From: Prevotella sp.
Lineage (GTDB): Bacteria > Bacteroidota > Bacteroidia > Bacteroidales > Bacteroidaceae
Assembly: GCA_020026195.1 (NCBI GenBank)
Contig: JAHHQW010000004.1
Location: 6,416-70,415 of the forward strand
Reading direction: 5' to 3'
Length of the DNA: 64,000 nt
The translations under genes were made by a program, and so were the position numbers. Below the pieces are notes generated by a model. It was not told where the DNA came from, made no database searches, and saw only the letters and a program-made list of their open reading frames with translations. Below are positions 1-10,009 of this stretch, one piece after another; the first letter of the stretch is position 1; every line of letters starts with the position of its first letter.

Positions 1-246
1 TTTACTCAAATTCAAGTTGAAGTAGACCGATTTGCAAAAACTGTCCATCGAGACAAAAGAAGTAAAAAAGCATTGCATTCAGAATTAGATGATATCAAAG
101 GAATTGGACCAAAAACCAAGGAACTTCTAATAAAAGAATTTAAAACAATAAAAAACATAAAGAATGCAGACTTTGAAACGCTTAGCAAAATAATAGGAGA
201 AAACAAGAGTAAAATACTTTTGGAACACTTCAAAAGTAACCAATAA
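1..246 (+). CDS. uvrC: Excinuclease ABC subunit C, 3' end only (truncated by window edge)
   Basis: Frame 1 (not in ORF track) reads FTQIQVEVDRFAKTVHRDKRSKKALHSELDDIKGIGPKTKELLIKEF...*. This is the UvrC end of the RNase-H-like domain plus the HhH motif (IKGIGPK). It sits upstream of dtd, as is usual in Bacteroidales. Confidence 0.85.
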   Translation, partial: FTQIQVEVDRFAKTVHRDKRSKKALHSELDDIKGIGPKTKELLIKEFKTIKNIKNADFETLSKIIGENKSKILLEHFKSNQ

Positions 247-259
247 AAAGAAGTTTTAT

Positions 260-290
260 TTTGCATAAACAGTAAAATGAACTATCTTTG
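260..290 (+). promoter_or_regulatory. Bacteroidetes sigma-A promoter for dtd-mazG-deoC
   Basis: TTTG (260-263), 19 bp spacer, TATCTTTG (283-290). Confidence 0.7.
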
Positions 291-312
291 CATATATACA
301 TAAATTAAAGGT

Positions 313-765
313 ATGCGATTAGTAATACAAAGAGTATCAGAAGCCTCAGTAAAGATTGATGGTAAAATAAAGTCTCAAATAGAACAAGGACTACTTATAC
401 TGATAGGAGTAGCAGAAAACGATTCTTCCGAAGATATAGATTGGTTGGTCAAAAAGGTAATAAATCTACGTATATTCGATGACGAAAATGGTGTAATGAA
501 CAAGTCAATTGATGATATTAATGGAGACATAATCGTTGTAAGTCAATTCACGTTAATGGCATCATGTAAAAAAGGGAACAGACCATCATATATAAAGGCT
601 GCAAAACACGAGATATCAATTCCTCTTTATGAAGAGTTTTGCAAAAAGATGTCAGGAGCATTAGGAAAGGAAATTGGAACAGGTATTTTTGGTGCAGATA
701 TGAAAGTATCGTTAACAAATGATGGTCCTGTTACAATCTGCATAGATACTAAAAATAAAGAATAA
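313..765 (+). CDS. dtd: D-aminoacyl-tRNA deacylase
   Basis: MRLVIQRV N-terminus, SQFTL and NDGPVT motifs. Confidence 0.95.
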   Translation: MRLVIQRVSEASVKIDGKIKSQIEQGLLILIGVAENDSSEDIDWLVKKVINLRIFDDENGVMNKSIDDINGDIIVVSQFTLMASCKKGNRPSYIKAAKHEISIPLYEEFCKKMSGALGKEIGTGIFGADMKVSLTNDGPVTICIDTKNKE

Positions 766-1109
766 TGGCAGAAGACATAACCTTAAAAGATCTACAAAAG
801 GAAGTAGACAACTGGATTAAAGAATACGGAGTACGTTATTTTAATGAACTTACCAATATGGCATGTCTCACCGAAGAAGTAGGTGAAATGGCACGTATAA
901 TTGCTAGAAAATACGGAGAACAAAGTTTTAAGGAAGGAGAAAAATCAAACTTAGGCGATGAGATAGCAGATGTTTTATGGGTCCTAACATGCATAGCAAA
1001 CCAAACAGGAATTGATCTAACAGAAGAGATAAAGAAGAATATCGATAAAAAGACCAAAAGGGACAAAAACAGACATATTAATAACGACAAACTCAGAAAA
1101 AGTAATTAA
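765..1109 (+). CDS. MazG-like nucleotide pyrophosphohydrolase
   Basis: LTEEVGEMA...LGDEIADVL all-alpha NTP-PPase motif; TAATG overlap with dtd. Confidence 0.9.
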   Translation: MAEDITLKDLQKEVDNWIKEYGVRYFNELTNMACLTEEVGEMARIIARKYGEQSFKEGEKSNLGDEIADVLWVLTCIANQTGIDLTEEIKKNIDKKTKRDKNRHINNDKLRKSN

Positions 1110-1132
1110 TAAAACATATAAATTGTAAGAAT

Positions 1133-2029
1133 ATGGAAGAAGTAAAAATGAGCAAATACGAAGAAGCTCTCAGCAAGTACAACACTAATATTTCTGATGA
1201 AGAAGTTGCATCAGCAGTAAAAAAAATAATAGAAGAAAAAGTACGCGAAAACGATAATATCCTTACTAAGAAATTCCTTATGGGAAGTGTAGAACTAACA
1301 TCACTTCATACACAGGATTCAGAAGATAGTATTCTTGCATTCACCGAAAAAGTTAACAAATTCGATGAAGAATATCCCGATATTCCACACGTTGCTACAA
1401 TTTGTGTATATCCATGTTTTGCAAAAGTTGTAAGTCAAAGTCTAGAAGTCGAAGGCGTTGAAATAGCTTGTGTCTCAGGAAGTTTTCCATCTTCTCAGGC
1501 ACTCATAGAAGTAAAAGTAGCAGAGACGGCACTTGCTATTAAAGATGGCGCGACAGAAATAGATATCGTTATGCCTGTAGGCAAATTCCTAAGCGGCGAC
1601 TACGAAGGAACAGCAGACGATATAAACGAACTTAAAGAAACTTGCGGAGGTCATGACATGAAAGTTATTCTTGAAACAGGACTTCTTAAAACTGCTTCTA
1701 ACATTAAGAAAGCGTCAATTATAGCGATGTATGCTGGCGCTGACTACATAAAGACTTCAACAGGAAAGCTATCACCAGCAGCAACTCCAGAAGCAGCATA
1801 TGTTATGTGCCAAGCTATAAAAGAATACTATGAGCAAACAGGTATAATGATAGGCTTCAAACCTGCAGGAGGAATTAACAGCGTTATGGACGCGCTTATT
1901 TATTACACGATAGTAAAAGAAGTTTTGGGAGAAAAATGGCTCACAAACAAGTACTTCCGCCTAGGAACAAGTCGCTTGGCAAACATGTTGTTAAGCGAAA
2001 TAAAAGGAGAAGAAATAAAATTCTTCTAA
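1133..2029 (+). CDS. deoC: Deoxyribose-phosphate aldolase
   Basis: GATEIDIV, KVILETG, YIKTSTGK, GFKPAGGI, RLGTS motifs. Confidence 0.95.
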   Translation: MEEVKMSKYEEALSKYNTNISDEEVASAVKKIIEEKVRENDNILTKKFLMGSVELTSLHTQDSEDSILAFTEKVNKFDEEYPDIPHVATICVYPCFAKVVSQSLEVEGVEIACVSGSFPSSQALIEVKVAETALAIKDGATEIDIVMPVGKFLSGDYEGTADDINELKETCGGHDMKVILETGLLKTASNIKKASIIAMYAGADYIKTSTGKLSPAATPEAAYVMCQAIKEYYEQTGIMIGFKPAGGINSVMDALIYYTIVKEVLGEKWLTNKYFRLGTSRLANMLLSEIKGEEIKFF

Positions 2030-2040
2030 TAATGAATAAT

Positions 2041-2074
2041 AAAGAGGTTTGACCAATGTTGTCAAATCTCTTTT
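2041..2074 (+). terminator. Intrinsic terminator after deoC
   Basis: AAAGAGGTTTGAC-loop-GTCAAATCTCTTTT hairpin with T tail. Confidence 0.65.
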
Positions 2075-2094
2075 CTGTTTAAAACAATAGATAT

Positions 2095-2124
2095 AAAAAA
2101 TACGTATGTTCAAACATACGTATT
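2095..2124 (-). terminator. Intrinsic terminator after polyprenyl synthetase
   Basis: AATACGTATGTT-CA-AACATACGTATT hairpin, A-run on + strand side. Confidence 0.6.
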
Positions 2125-2154
2125 ACAATATATAAAAGAGACTACTCTACCCTT

Positions 2155-3132
2155 TTATTGCTTTCTCTGGATAACAAAATCAACATATGCTGTAAGTGCC
2201 TTTTTAATATTGACATCCGTTGCTTCAATATTTATAAAGTCCATGGCTTTCATTCTAAAATCATCCATGCATTTTTCAGCATATTCAATACCACCGTTGT
2301 CCTTTGTAAACTGTACTAAAGTTGCTATTTCAGATGGCTCTATATTACCTTTCTTTACCTTGTATGCTAAATCTAACATATTTTTATTTTTTGTCGTATT
2401 TAAAGCATAAATTACAGGGAGAGTAAGCTTACCTTCGGCCATATCGTTACCTGTTGGTTTGCCTATATCGTTGGTATCATAATAATCAAATATATCATCA
2501 CGAATCTGAAAGACAATGCCAAGATTACGACCAAATTCAGAGGCGATTTTAACATGCTCTTCTGAGCAACCACTTGATAAAGCCCCTATCGCAGCACAAG
2601 CCTCGAAAAGAGCAGCCGTTTTCTGTTTTATTACACTATAATATACTTCCTCAGAGATATTATTGTTGGAAATATTAGAGAGTTGCAGAATTTCACCATT
2701 AGATAAAGTTCTACCAAGCTGCGATAAATACCTTACAATAACTTCACTATGTGTATGAGATACATATAATAAAGCTGTAGAAAGAATATAATCACCAACT
2801 AAAACCGCCACCTTGTTATCATAAATAGCATTTACAGAAGTCTGTCCGCGACGCTCATTACTTTCATCAACAACATCATCGTGAACAAGACTAGCCGTAT
2901 GCAGAAGTTCAAGACCTACAGCTGCATATTGTGTTGCATCAGTAACACAACCATAGTTCTTAGCCATTAGCAAAATAAGCATCGGACGCATTCTTTTTCC
3001 AGCCCTAGAACGAATATGAGCTAAAGCTTGAGAAAGCAAACCGTCTGTATGAGTAAGAGATTCGTTAAACAGATTTACGAATCTGTTTAAATCTTCTTCA
3101 ATTGGGTATTTTATAAGTGGCAAAAAATCCAT
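2155..3132 (-). CDS. ispB: Polyprenyl diphosphate synthase (octaprenyl/heptaprenyl type)
   Basis: GKRMRP, first DDxxD (VHDDVVDESNERRG), second FQIRDDIFD, GKPTGNDMAEGKLTLP. Confidence 0.9.
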   Translation of the reverse strand: MDFLPLIKYPIEEDLNRFVNLFNESLTHTDGLLSQALAHIRSRAGKRMRPMLILLMAKNYGCVTDATQYAAVGLELLHTASLVHDDVVDESNERRGQTSVNAIYDNKVAVLVGDYILSTALLYVSHTHSEVIVRYLSQLGRTLSNGEILQLSNISNNNISEEVYYSVIKQKTAALFEACAAIGALSSGCSEEHVKIASEFGRNLGIVFQIRDDIFDYYDTNDIGKPTGNDMAEGKLTLPVIYALNTTKNKNMLDLAYKVKKGNIEPSEIATLVQFTKDNGGIEYAEKCMDDFRMKAMDFINIEATDVNIKKALTAYVDFVIQRKQ

Positions 3133-3215
3133 ATTCGATAAATTTCATGCAAAAATAATGAATTAATCGGAGTTATGATAAAAAATTAGTAATTTTACAA
3201 TCTAAATCACATAAA

Positions 3216-5984
3216 ATGGATAAATTATTTCTTTTAGACGCATACGCACTAATATATCGTTCTTATTATGCATTTATTAGAACACCCCGTATCAATTCAA
3301 GAGGGTTGAACACATCAGCAATCATGGGCTTTGTAAATACACTTAACGAAGTTCTTACAAAAGAAAAACCTACACATATAGGCGTTGCATTTGACCCTGC
3401 AGGACCAACATTCAGACACGAAGCATATAAGGAATACAAAGCAAACCGCGAAGCATGCCCTGAAGATATTAAATTATCAGTACCAATTATCAAAGAAATA
3501 CTGAAAGCATATCGTATCCCTATTCTTGAAGTAGAAGGATACGAAGCAGACGATGTGATCGGAACTGTAGCTTCTATGGCAGGCACAAAGGGGATAAAAA
3601 CTTATATGTTAACACCTGATAAGGATTATGGACAGCTTACAACTGAAAATGTCTTCATGTATCGCCCTCGTCACACAGGAGGATATGAAGTAATGGGAGC
3701 CATAGAGGTTATAAAAAAATATGAGATTGAAAACACATCACAGATAATAGATCTTCTAGGACTGATGGGTGATACAGCAGATAACATTCCAGGATGCCCT
3801 GGAGTTGGTCCTAAAACTGCAGTTAATCTTCTGAAACAATTCGGTAGCATTGAAAACTTACTTGAACATACAAACGAATTAAAAGGAGCTTTAAAAAAGA
3901 AAGTCGAAGAGAATGCTGAAAAAATAAAATTCTCAAAATTCTTAGCTACTATTAAAACAGATGTTCCTATTGACATCAACATCGATACTTTGAAAATAGA
4001 AGAACCTAATGAAACTGAACTAAGAAGAATTTTTGAAGAATTAGAATTTAAGTCACTTGCAGAACGAATGTTCGGGACTCCAATAGTAAAAGAGAAAAAA
4101 AAGCCCGAAGAACCTCTTAATTTATTTGATGAATTTCAGACCGATGTACAGGCTGAAGACAAATATTCAAATAAAACAAGCATAAATACTGACAAACATA
4201 GCTATAGTTTTGTTGATAATGAAGAGTTTATGCATAAACTTTGTGATTTATTATTAACAAACAGTCAATTCTGTATGGATACAGAAACAACGTCAATCAA
4301 TGCAATAGAAGCAGAATTGGTCGGATTAAGCTTTGCAGTTAAAGAAAAAGAAGCTTTTTATGTACCTGTACCTAAAAATAGAGAAGAAGCAATAAAAATT
4401 GTCAACATCTTCAAACCTGCATATGAAAATGAAAAAATTCTAAAAATAGGTCAAAACATAAAATACGATTTAGAAGTACTAAAAAATTACGGAATCACAT
4501 TAAAGGGAAAAATGTTCGATACAATGATCGCACATTATATTCTTCAACCTGAACTACGTCATAATATGGACTACATGGCAGACGTGTATCTCAACTACGA
4601 AACTATACCAATTGAAAATCTCATAGGTCCAAAAGGAAAAAATCAAAAGAACATGGGCGATCTTGAACAGAAAGACATATTTGAATATGCTGCAGAAGAC
4701 GCCGATATAACACTAAGACTCAAAAATATATTTGAGCCTAAAATCAACGAATCAGAAGCACGTTCACTTTTCTATGATGTAGAAATGCCATTAGTTAATG
4801 TTCTTGCCGAAATGGAAATGAATGGTGTTACTCTTGATGTAAAAGCCTTATCAGAAACATCTGAAGACATGAACAAACGTCTCGCTGATATTGAAAGAGA
4901 GATTTACGAACTTGCAGGCGAAGAATTTACCATAACATCACCCAAACAAGTTGGTGAAATTTTATTCGACAAACTAAAAATTGTAGATAAACCTAAGAAA
5001 ACAAAAACCGGACAATATGTTACAAGCGAAGAAGTTCTTCAGACACTCAGAGCAAAACACAAGATTGTCGAATTAATATTAGAACATCGTGGACTTAAAA
5101 AACTCCTCGGAACATACATAGAAGCCTTACCAAAACTCATCAACAAACGCACGGGGCATATTCATACAACTTTCAATCAGACAGTTACTGCAACTGGACG
5201 ACTTTCATCCAGTGATCCCAACCTTCAGAATATTCCGATCAGAGGTGAAGATGGTAAAGAAATAAGAAAAGCATTCGTTCCAGAAAAAGGTTGTTTGTTT
5301 TTCTCTGCCGACTATTCACAGATTGAACTTCGCGTAATGGCACATCTAAGCGAAGATGAAAACATGATAGAGGCTTTCCGTGAAGGATATGACATTCATG
5401 CATCTACAGCAGCAAAAATATACAAAAAGACATTAGATGAAGTATCACGTGATGAACGAACAAAAGCGAAACGCGCAAACTTTGGAATTATATATGGTAT
5501 TACTATATGGGGACTTGCCGACAGACTCGACATCAGCCGTAGCGAAGCAAAAGAATTGATTGATGGATATTTCAAAACATATCCAAAGGTAAAAGAATAC
5601 ATGGATAAGTCCATCGAAAAGGCCAGAACACACGAATTTGCAGAAACTCTCTTCCATCGTCGTCGTTATCTTCCAGACATAAACTCACGAAATGCAACTG
5701 TTCGCGGATTTGCAGAAAGAAATGCTGTAAATGCACCTATCCAGGGTACAGCAGCAGACATAATAAAGGTTGCAATGGTTAGAATTTACAACCGTTTTAA
5801 AAAAGAGAATCTTAAAAGCAAAATGATTCTGCAGGTACACGACGAACTTAACTTTAGCGTAGAACCCGAAGAGAAAGAAAAGGTCGAAAAAATCGTCATT
5901 GAAGAAATGCAGAATGCCTATCCTCTTCATGTTCCTTTAATAGCAGATGCAGGATGGGGCGAAAACTGGCTTGAAGCACACTGA
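3216..5984 (+). CDS. polA: DNA polymerase I
   Basis: 5'-3' exonuclease (EADDVIG, GDTADNIPG), 3'-5' exonuclease (DTETT), polymerase motifs DYSQIELR and QVHDEL; 922 aa. Confidence 0.98.
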   Translation: MDKLFLLDAYALIYRSYYAFIRTPRINSRGLNTSAIMGFVNTLNEVLTKEKPTHIGVAFDPAGPTFRHEAYKEYKANREACPEDIKLSVPIIKEILKAYRIPILEVEGYEADDVIGTVASMAGTKGIKTYMLTPDKDYGQLTTENVFMYRPRHTGGYEVMGAIEVIKKYEIENTSQIIDLLGLMGDTADNIPGCPGVGPKTAVNLLKQFGSIENLLEHTNELKGALKKKVEENAEKIKFSKFLATIKTDVPIDINIDTLKIEEPNETELRRIFEELEFKSLAERMFGTPIVKEKKKPEEPLNLFDEFQTDVQAEDKYSNKTSINTDKHSYSFVDNEEFMHKLCDLLLTNSQFCMDTETTSINAIEAELVGLSFAVKEKEAFYVPVPKNREEAIKIVNIFKPAYENEKILKIGQNIKYDLEVLKNYGITLKGKMFDTMIAHYILQPELRHNMDYMADVYLNYETIPIENLIGPKGKNQKNMGDLEQKDIFEYAAEDADITLRLKNIFEPKINESEARSLFYDVEMPLVNVLAEMEMNGVTLDVKALSETSEDMNKRLADIEREIYELAGEEFTITSPKQVGEILFDKLKIVDKPKKTKTGQYVTSEEVLQTLRAKHKIVELILEHRGLKKLLGTYIEALPKLINKRTGHIHTTFNQTVTATGRLSSSDPNLQNIPIRGEDGKEIRKAFVPEKGCLFFSADYSQIELRVMAHLSEDENMIEAFREGYDIHASTAAKIYKKTLDEVSRDERTKAKRANFGIIYGITIWGLADRLDISRSEAKELIDGYFKTYPKVKEYMDKSIEKARTHEFAETLFHRRRYLPDINSRNATVRGFAERNAVNAPIQGTAADIIKVAMVRIYNRFKKENLKSKMILQVHDELNFSVEPEEKEKVEKIVIEEMQNAYPLHVPLIADAGWGENWLEAH

Positions 5985-6007
5985 TGAACCAACATATAAA
6001 TAATATT

Positions 6008-6043
6008 AATCTCCGTAAACCATTATTGATTTACGGAGATTTC
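6008..6043 (+). terminator. Hairpin after polA
   Basis: AATCTCCGTAAA...TTTACGGAGATT 12-bp stem, short T tail. Confidence 0.55.
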
Positions 6044-6171
6044 TGTATATATTACGTTTAATTACAAGGGTTATAAGTAATACATTTTCTGTATTTTTGA
6101 TACATAACTCCTCTACTATCACATAAATTATGTAACTTTGCACATCAGAAACAATATATATTAAATAAGAC

Positions 6172-7272
6172 ATGTCATTAAAATGTGGTATTGTGGGTCT
6201 TCCCAATGTGGGCAAATCCACTCTTTTCAACTGTCTGTCTAGTGCTAAGGCACAGGCAGCCAACTTTCCATTTTGCACAATCGAACCAAATGTAGGCGTA
6301 ATAACCGTTCCCGACGAACGCCTCAATAAACTTGCAGAAATAGTACATCCGGGCCGTATAGTTCCAGCAACTTGCGAGATAGTTGATATCGCAGGACTTG
6401 TGAAAGGTGCAAGCAAGGGCGAAGGACTTGGAAACAAATTCCTTGGTAACATTCGTGAAACTGATGCTATCATTCACGTGCTACGCTGCTTTGACGATGA
6501 CAACGTAACACATGTCGACGGCACAATCAACCCTGTCAGAGACAAAGAAATTATTGATACAGAACTTCAACTTAAAGATCTTGAGACTATAGAGAATAAA
6601 CTCGACAAGGAAAAGAAAGCTGCAAATGCAGGAAACAAAGAAGCTAAAGTTAATGCCATTGTCATGGAGAAATACAAGGCTGCTCTTGAAAAAGGTCTCA
6701 ATGCACGTACAGTGCAATTCGATAACGAAGAAGAAGAGGAAGCTGCACGTAACCTATTCCTACTTACAGCAAAACCTGTTCTTTATGTATGTAATGTAGA
6801 CGAAGACAGTGCTGTAGAAGGCAACGATTATTCTAAAAAGATAGAAGAAATTGCAAAGCAAGAAAATGCAGAAGCAATGATTATAGCAGCTAAAACTGAA
6901 GAAGATATCGCGACACTCGAAACATATGAAGAAAAGATGATGTTCCTTGAAGATTTAGGTCTGAAAGAGAGTGGCGTTAACCGTCTGATTACAAAGGCAT
7001 ACCATCTTCTAAATCTTGAAACTTTCATCACCGCTGGTGAAATGGAAGTAAAAGCATGGACGTACCATAAGGGATGGAAAGCTCCTCAGTGTGCAGGTGT
7101 TATCCACACTGATTTTGAGAAGGGTTTCATTCGTGCAGAAGTAATAAAATACGAAGACTATATTAAATATGGCAGCGAAGCTGCTGTGCGCGAAGCCGGC
7201 AAGATGGGCATAGAAGGTAAGGAATATGTAGTACAGGACGGTGACATCATGCACTTCCGTTTCAACATATAA
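6172..7272 (+). CDS. ychF: Redox-regulated ATPase YchF
   Basis: [41 protein letters not shown]-terminal TGS domain; TAACTTTG -7 element at 6133-6140. Confidence 0.97.
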   Translation: MSLKCGIVGLPNVGKSTLFNCLSSAKAQAANFPFCTIEPNVGVITVPDERLNKLAEIVHPGRIVPATCEIVDIAGLVKGASKGEGLGNKFLGNIRETDAIIHVLRCFDDDNVTHVDGTINPVRDKEIIDTELQLKDLETIENKLDKEKKAANAGNKEAKVNAIVMEKYKAALEKGLNARTVQFDNEEEEEAARNLFLLTAKPVLYVCNVDEDSAVEGNDYSKKIEEIAKQENAEAMIIAAKTEEDIATLETYEEKMMFLEDLGLKESGVNRLITKAYHLLNLETFITAGEMEVKAWTYHKGWKAPQCAGVIHTDFEKGFIRAEVIKYEDYIKYGSEAAVREAGKMGIEGKEYVVQDGDIMHFRFNI

Positions 7273-7277
7273 TCATT

Positions 7278-8114
7278 ATGCAGAGCCTTTTAAACTATAT
7301 AGTATGGAATCCTGATCTGGAAATATTCCACATCGGAGGACTTGCCATACGGTGGTATTCTATGTGCTGGATGATAGGTCTGTTATTAGCCTATCTGATA
7401 GTACAACATCTATACAGACAGGAAAAAATAGAAGATAAATATTTCGATCCTCTATTTATTTACTGTTTCATAGGTATTCTGATTGGAGCACGTCTCGGTC
7501 ATTGTCTGTTCTATCAGCCCGACTACTTTCTGTCAAGCGGAAAGCACTTCATTGAGATGTTACTGCCAATACACTTTATGGCAGATGGAGGATGGAAACT
7601 TACTGGTTACGAAGGACTTGCAAGCCATGGCGGAACAATAGGACTTATAATCGCCCTGATACTGTACACTCGCAGTACTAAAATTTCTATATGGCGCACA
7701 TTGGATAACATAGCCATTGCAACACCAGTTACTGCATGTTTCATACGTCTGGGTAATCTTATGAATTCTGAAATTATCGGTCGTGTTACAGATGTTCCAT
7801 GGGCATTCATATTCACACGTGTCGACATGATGCCACGTCATCCAGGACAGTTATACGAAGCAATAGCCTACGCCGTATTTTTCTTCATCGGATGGTACAT
7901 CTATAAGAAAAATCCTAATAAGGTTGGAAGTGGATTTTTCTTCGGACTCTGCCTTACACTTATCTTTACATTCCGTTTCTTTATAGAATACACAAAGGAA
8001 ATACAGGAAAGTTTCGAAGCTGGAATGGTGTTCAACATGGGACAGCTTCTAAGTATACCATTCATTATAATAGGTATAATGTGCATGAGACGTTCCAAAA
8101 CAAAGAACTCATAA
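7278..8114 (+). CDS. lgt: Prolipoprotein diacylglyceryl transferase
   Basis: [37 protein letters not shown] motifs; multiple TM segments. Confidence 0.95.
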   Translation: MQSLLNYIVWNPDLEIFHIGGLAIRWYSMCWMIGLLLAYLIVQHLYRQEKIEDKYFDPLFIYCFIGILIGARLGHCLFYQPDYFLSSGKHFIEMLLPIHFMADGGWKLTGYEGLASHGGTIGLIIALILYTRSTKISIWRTLDNIAIATPVTACFIRLGNLMNSEIIGRVTDVPWAFIFTRVDMMPRHPGQLYEAIAYAVFFFIGWYIYKKNPNKVGSGFFFGLCLTLIFTFRFFIEYTKEIQESFEAGMVFNMGQLLSIPFIIIGIMCMRRSKTKNS

Positions 8115-8137
8115 TACAAAAACAATAAGTATATCGT

Positions 8138-8179
8138 TAATGCCATCAGATAAAATTTAATCTGATGGCGTTACTTTTT
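8138..8179 (+). terminator. Intrinsic terminator after ychF-lgt
   Basis: TAATGCCATCAGAT...ATCTGATGGCGTTA followed by CTTTTT. Confidence 0.7.
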
Positions 8180-8246
8180 ATATACAAAAGCCTCCAAAAC
8201 ATAAGACATGTCCTGGAGGCTATATAAATTCATTTAGAAATAATCA

Positions 8247-8684
8247 TCACTTACCCTTCTGTACGAACTTCAATCTGCTGAATACGTCACCTGATTGAAT
8301 TGTTATATTAAATGTTCGTTCTTCAGAATTATTTGCATCAAAACTAACAGTAAGTACATTACCTTCACACTTAACTGTATAATAATCACCATTAAAAACA
8401 TTCTTGTCAGTAACTCCATTTCCATTTACAGATGAAATCCAGAAACGGTTATAGTTAGTGCAAGAAACACTTATGGTCTTTTTATCAGCAGGAACCTCGG
8501 CTATATAGTAAATACCTTCTTTCTTTAGATTATCACTCGATTTCCATTCCATGGATTTCCACATTCCTAACGGCTTATTCTGAACTTGTACCATACCATT
8601 ATTTTCTTTTACACCTCCATCGCTGCTTTTACATGATACAAATACCATGCTCATTCCAAGCAAAGCAAAAAATAGCTTATTCAT
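8247..8684 (-). CDS. Hypothetical lipoprotein, possibly a BACON-like beta-sandwich
   Basis: Lipobox VFVSC. C-terminal LTVSFDANNSEERTFNITIQSG...FVQKG resembles a BACON-type pattern. Own TATATTTG -7 element (8724-8731, minus) and downstream hairpin (8186-8221). Confidence 0.65.
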   Translation of the reverse strand: MNKLFFALLGMSMVFVSCKSSDGGVKENNGMVQVQNKPLGMWKSMEWKSSDNLKKEGIYYIAEVPADKKTISVSCTNYNRFWISSVNGNGVTDKNVFNGDYYTVKCEGNVLTVSFDANNSEERTFNITIQSGDVFSRLKFVQKGK

Positions 8685-9317
8685 ATTGTTAATTTTTTAT
8701 ATTAATCATACACTTTCACACCGCAAATATAAGAAAATTTGAAATATGACACAAGTAAGGACTTAGAAAAATAAGAAAGGATATGTACTCACACAATCAT
8801 AAATCTATTATAACAGCAACTAATAAAATCCACATTGAAAACAAAAACTATTATCATATAATAAAAATCAGCTAAAAAATACATCTTGTTCAGTGATACA
8901 TTAATTTTAAATATAAACAAGGCATATGTATAAATACATGCTTCTTTCTATATACCTTCCAATATTACAACGTAATTATTAAACAATTTTTTTCATTAAT
9001 TTCGGTTCTTACCATTATACAGATCTGTAATAGTGCGTCAATACAAATATTATAAACTTACTAAAAATAACATACAAGAGCTACCAATATTATTTACAGT
9101 CAAGAATTTAAGGAATATATGAGGATATAACATATTTCTATTCTACTACCCTTTCTTTACTAAAGAATTTGAAATGTAAAGTCTGAATTTAAATAGTATA
9201 TTTAACTCTTATAATACGGTTAATTATGCAATTTACTATGTAAACAGTAATTTATTTACCAATATTTTCATTATTCGATTTTAATATCTATCTTTGTCAA
9301 GACAAAAATATAACATT

Positions 9318-9869
9318 ATGTTTAAGAAATCATTAAAAACAATTGTATTGTTCCTTTCAGCAACAATACTTTTTAATTCATGTATCGGTTCATTCGGCTT
9401 GTTTAACAAGCTTCTTGGCTGGAACCAGAATGTTTCAGGAAGTAAATTCTTGAACGAGCTTTTATTTATATTAATCTCACCAGCCTATGCTGTAGTAGGT
9501 GTTGTAGACTTATTTGTACTCAACACTGTAGAGTTTTGGTCTGGCAGCAATCCAATGGCATCAAATGTCGGAAAGACTGAAAATGTCATGGGTAGTGATG
9601 GTGTTATTTACGCCGTTACAACACTCGAAGATGGATACAAGATTGCAAAACCAGACGGTAACGAAGTATTCTTCGTTTATGACGAGAAAGACAATTCTTG
9701 GTCTGTTAAGGCTGAAAACGAAGAAAAGAAACTTGTTAAGATCAACGATGACGGAACAGTTGATGCTATTCTCGAAACAGGTAATGTAATAACAGTTTCA
9801 CAGAATGCAGAAGGTCTTGAAACTGTTCAGAACGCTGTTGCAACAGATTTCTTCTACGCAGCAAGATAA
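9318..9869 (+). CDS. DUF3332-family lipoprotein
   Basis: NSCIGSFGLFNKLLGWN...NELLF...DLFVLNTVEFWSGSNP pattern. Start moved to ATG 9318 because the TTG at 9294 lies inside the TATCTTTG -7 element (9289-9296). Confidence 0.75.
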   Translation: MFKKSLKTIVLFLSATILFNSCIGSFGLFNKLLGWNQNVSGSKFLNELLFILISPAYAVVGVVDLFVLNTVEFWSGSNPMASNVGKTENVMGSDGVIYAVTTLEDGYKIAKPDGNEVFFVYDEKDNSWSVKAENEEKKLVKINDDGTVDAILETGNVITVSQNAEGLETVQNAVATDFFYAAR

Positions 9870-9873
9870 AATT

Positions 9874-9911
9874 AAAAAAAACGGCAGGAGCAATAACTCC
9901 TACCGTTTTTT
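9874..9911 (+). terminator. Intrinsic terminator
   Basis: AAAAAAACGGCAGGAG-loop-CTCCTACCGTTTTTT. Confidence 0.7.
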
Positions 9912-10009
9912 GCTTGAAAAAATATTGATTTCTTAATGTAATAATTCCAAAATATTCTACACACTAACACTATTTGTTAGAAAACTAACATCCAAAGAAA
10001 ATACATAAA

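Noticed and set aside
8735..9285. 550-bp AT-rich divergent spacer as a possible sRNA or gene relic
   Set aside because: The ORFs I checked are about 30 codons or less with no recognisable motifs, and I saw no convincing repeat or structure by eye.
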